DNA of 64,000 nucleotides from Dehalococcoidia bacterium (GTDB lineage Bacteria; Chloroflexota; Dehalococcoidia; Lucifugimonadales; UBA826): NCBI GenBank assembly GCA_045564655.1, contig JBJLGX010000020.1, positions 3,864 to 67,863 of the forward strand, read 5' to 3'. Shown piece by piece: positions 62,979 to 64,000 of this stretch (position 1 is its first letter; each line of letters starts with the position of its first letter). The notes under the pieces were generated by a model. It saw only the letters and a program-made list of their open reading frames with translations, ran no database searches and was not told where the DNA came from. The position numbers and the translations under genes were made by a program.

Positions 62979-63942
62979 TTATTTTATTTGAGAGAAAAAC
63001 TTATATGGGTTTGAAGTCATAAGATTTTGAAGTTGATTTTTAGAAACCCCAAGGTTTTCTAATTTAGGCAATACTTTATTCTTTATAAACAAATAACCAT
63101 CAGGGTTATTTGTTTTTCGAGTTTCCTCATTTTTTTCTGAATCAATAGCTAATTTGACTGCCCAGTCATGACCGAGCATGATTTTTTCGCCATATCCGTC
63201 TAGGATTAGGGTTGCAAGTATTTCTGTTCTTTTTTTTCCAATCAGGGGTTCCTGATTGTCTCCCCCCGGGGTATCTATCCATTCCTAGCCAAGCCCCTTT
63301 TTCTATGATGCCTTTTAAATATCCTATATCTGTTGAATCATTACTGTGCCCTATATAAACACGATTTAAGTCGACGCCTTCTTCTAAAAATATATTAATT
63401 TGATCATTTCCAATTCTTTTGGGGGCCCACGTGTGAGTTGAAATGGGAGCTCCGGTTTCCATGTGCGCTCTTGCGGCCGCCCTCAATATTATTTCACCTT
63501 CTTGGGTTATGCCTTCGGAATCGTTTGCTACCTTGATAATACCGGCTTTCATCTGGGTATTCTCAATGCCTTGTTTGATTTCTTTTACATATAATGATTT
63601 TATCGAATCGATAGAGGCTGCCCAAAAAGCTCTTGGGATATCTCGCCAAGTACCTGTAGCGCAAACGATATTGATTCCAGATTCTTTTGATACATGTTTT
63701 AAGAGATGGATGTCTCTCCCTAGATCTATTGTGGTTACGTCAATTATTGTGTCAATACCATTTGATTTAGCTTTTTTTAATATACTAATGCTTTCTTTTA
63801 TAGTGTTGTCACGGGCTATGAATTCTGGATAAATATGCGGAATCCCGGCTGAACTTACTACGACATGCTCATGTGAAAGAGTAAAACCTAATTCTGATGT
63901 TGATATAGATCCTAAAACAGTCTCCACACTTGGTGTTATCAA
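62979..63942 (-). pseudogene. Phosphotriesterase-family (PHP/aryldialkylphosphatase-like) protein, interrupted by +1 nt in an A8 run
   Basis: The N-terminal part has LSHEHV (HxH), THT and GHS metal-ligand contexts. After GMDRYPGG...DWKK the frame is lost at T8 (63230-63237, plus strand). With 7 instead of 8 A the reading is DWKKRTEILATLILDGYGEKIMLGHDWAV..., which joins the track ORF 62979..63179. Confidence 0.7.
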
Positions 63943-63946
63943 TCTA

Positions 63947-64000
63947 TTAACCTTGTGACGCTAGATTTATTTTTTCTTTTAATATGGGCAATACCCCTTC
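63947..64000 (-). CDS. 3' end of an unidentified gene running off the right edge
   Basis: Open frame from the edge reads EGVLPILKEKINLASQG* with a stop at 63947-63949. Too short to identify. Confidence 0.2.
   Translation of the reverse strand, partial: EGVLPILKEKINLASQG

Noticed and set aside
1..64000. Search for CRISPR arrays, tRNA/rRNA genes, transposases/integrases, prophage or defence-system genes
   Set aside because: I saw no regularly spaced direct repeats, no tRNA-like T-arm/cloverleaf segments in the few intergenic gaps, and no recombinase or defence hallmark motifs. The nucleases present (SNase, Endonuc-Holl-like, RNase D, MutS2) are stand-alone housekeeping-type genes. By-eye screening cannot fully exclude a small ncRNA.

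Overview
AT-rich (about mid-30s % GC by eye, not computed), densely packed bacterial chromosomal window with about 65 genes. I saw no rRNA, tRNA, CRISPR array, transposase, integrase or recognisable transcription factor. All family calls come from motifs read in the translations, not from database searches.

Content from left to right:
- Tandem SnoaL/NTF2-like paralogs, then ribokinase, an aldo-keto reductase and a membrane-anchored SNase-type nuclease.
- A minus-strand operon built around a NodU/CmcH carbamoyltransferase and its small membrane partners.
- RNase D, an Old Yellow Enzyme and a CinA/PncC-like protein.
- A long sugar-acid / recalcitrant-carbon catabolic island (about 13.7-34.5 kb). 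It holds 2 enolase-superfamily enzymes, 2 HpcH aldolases, 2 D-2-hydroxyacid dehydrogenases, a KdgK-like kinase, an SMP-30 lactonase, a dienelactone hydrolase, an amidase, a Cys-type sulfatase, a luciferase-like monooxygenase and 3 MFS transporters.
- A giant FtsX/MacB-type ABC exporter, a family III CoA-transferase with fmt, an MMPL/RND transporter and mutS2.
- thrB-lysC, two GT2 glycosyltransferases, and a purine-salvage cluster (guaC, hpt, BMP-type nucleoside ABC importer).
- trpA, an AroH chorismate mutase and a phosphotriesterase-family gene.

The paralog-rich enolase/LLM/CaiB/sulfatase inventory, MutS2 and the AroH mutase suggest a marine SAR202-like Chloroflexota genome. This is inference only.

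Most interesting observations:
1. Two adjacent ORFs (13204-13455 and 13471-13680) are one thioredoxin-fold gene. It is interrupted only by an in-frame TGA that sits exactly where the first Cys of the CxxC redox motif should be (Y-U-I-A-C), with a downstream hairpin. This is a candidate UxxC selenoprotein.
2. A 19-nt poly(C) tract in this AT-rich genome splits an SNase-DUF3761 nuclease gene. Its 3' part is absent from the ORF track.
3. An unannotated 57-aa DUF5989/SxtK-like ORF completes a carbamoyltransferase-associated membrane module of unknown substrate.
4. Further frame disruptions at short mononucleotide runs affect an Endonuc-Holl-like gene and the phosphotriesterase-like gene. One MFS gene has a conserved N-terminus with no canonical start codon.
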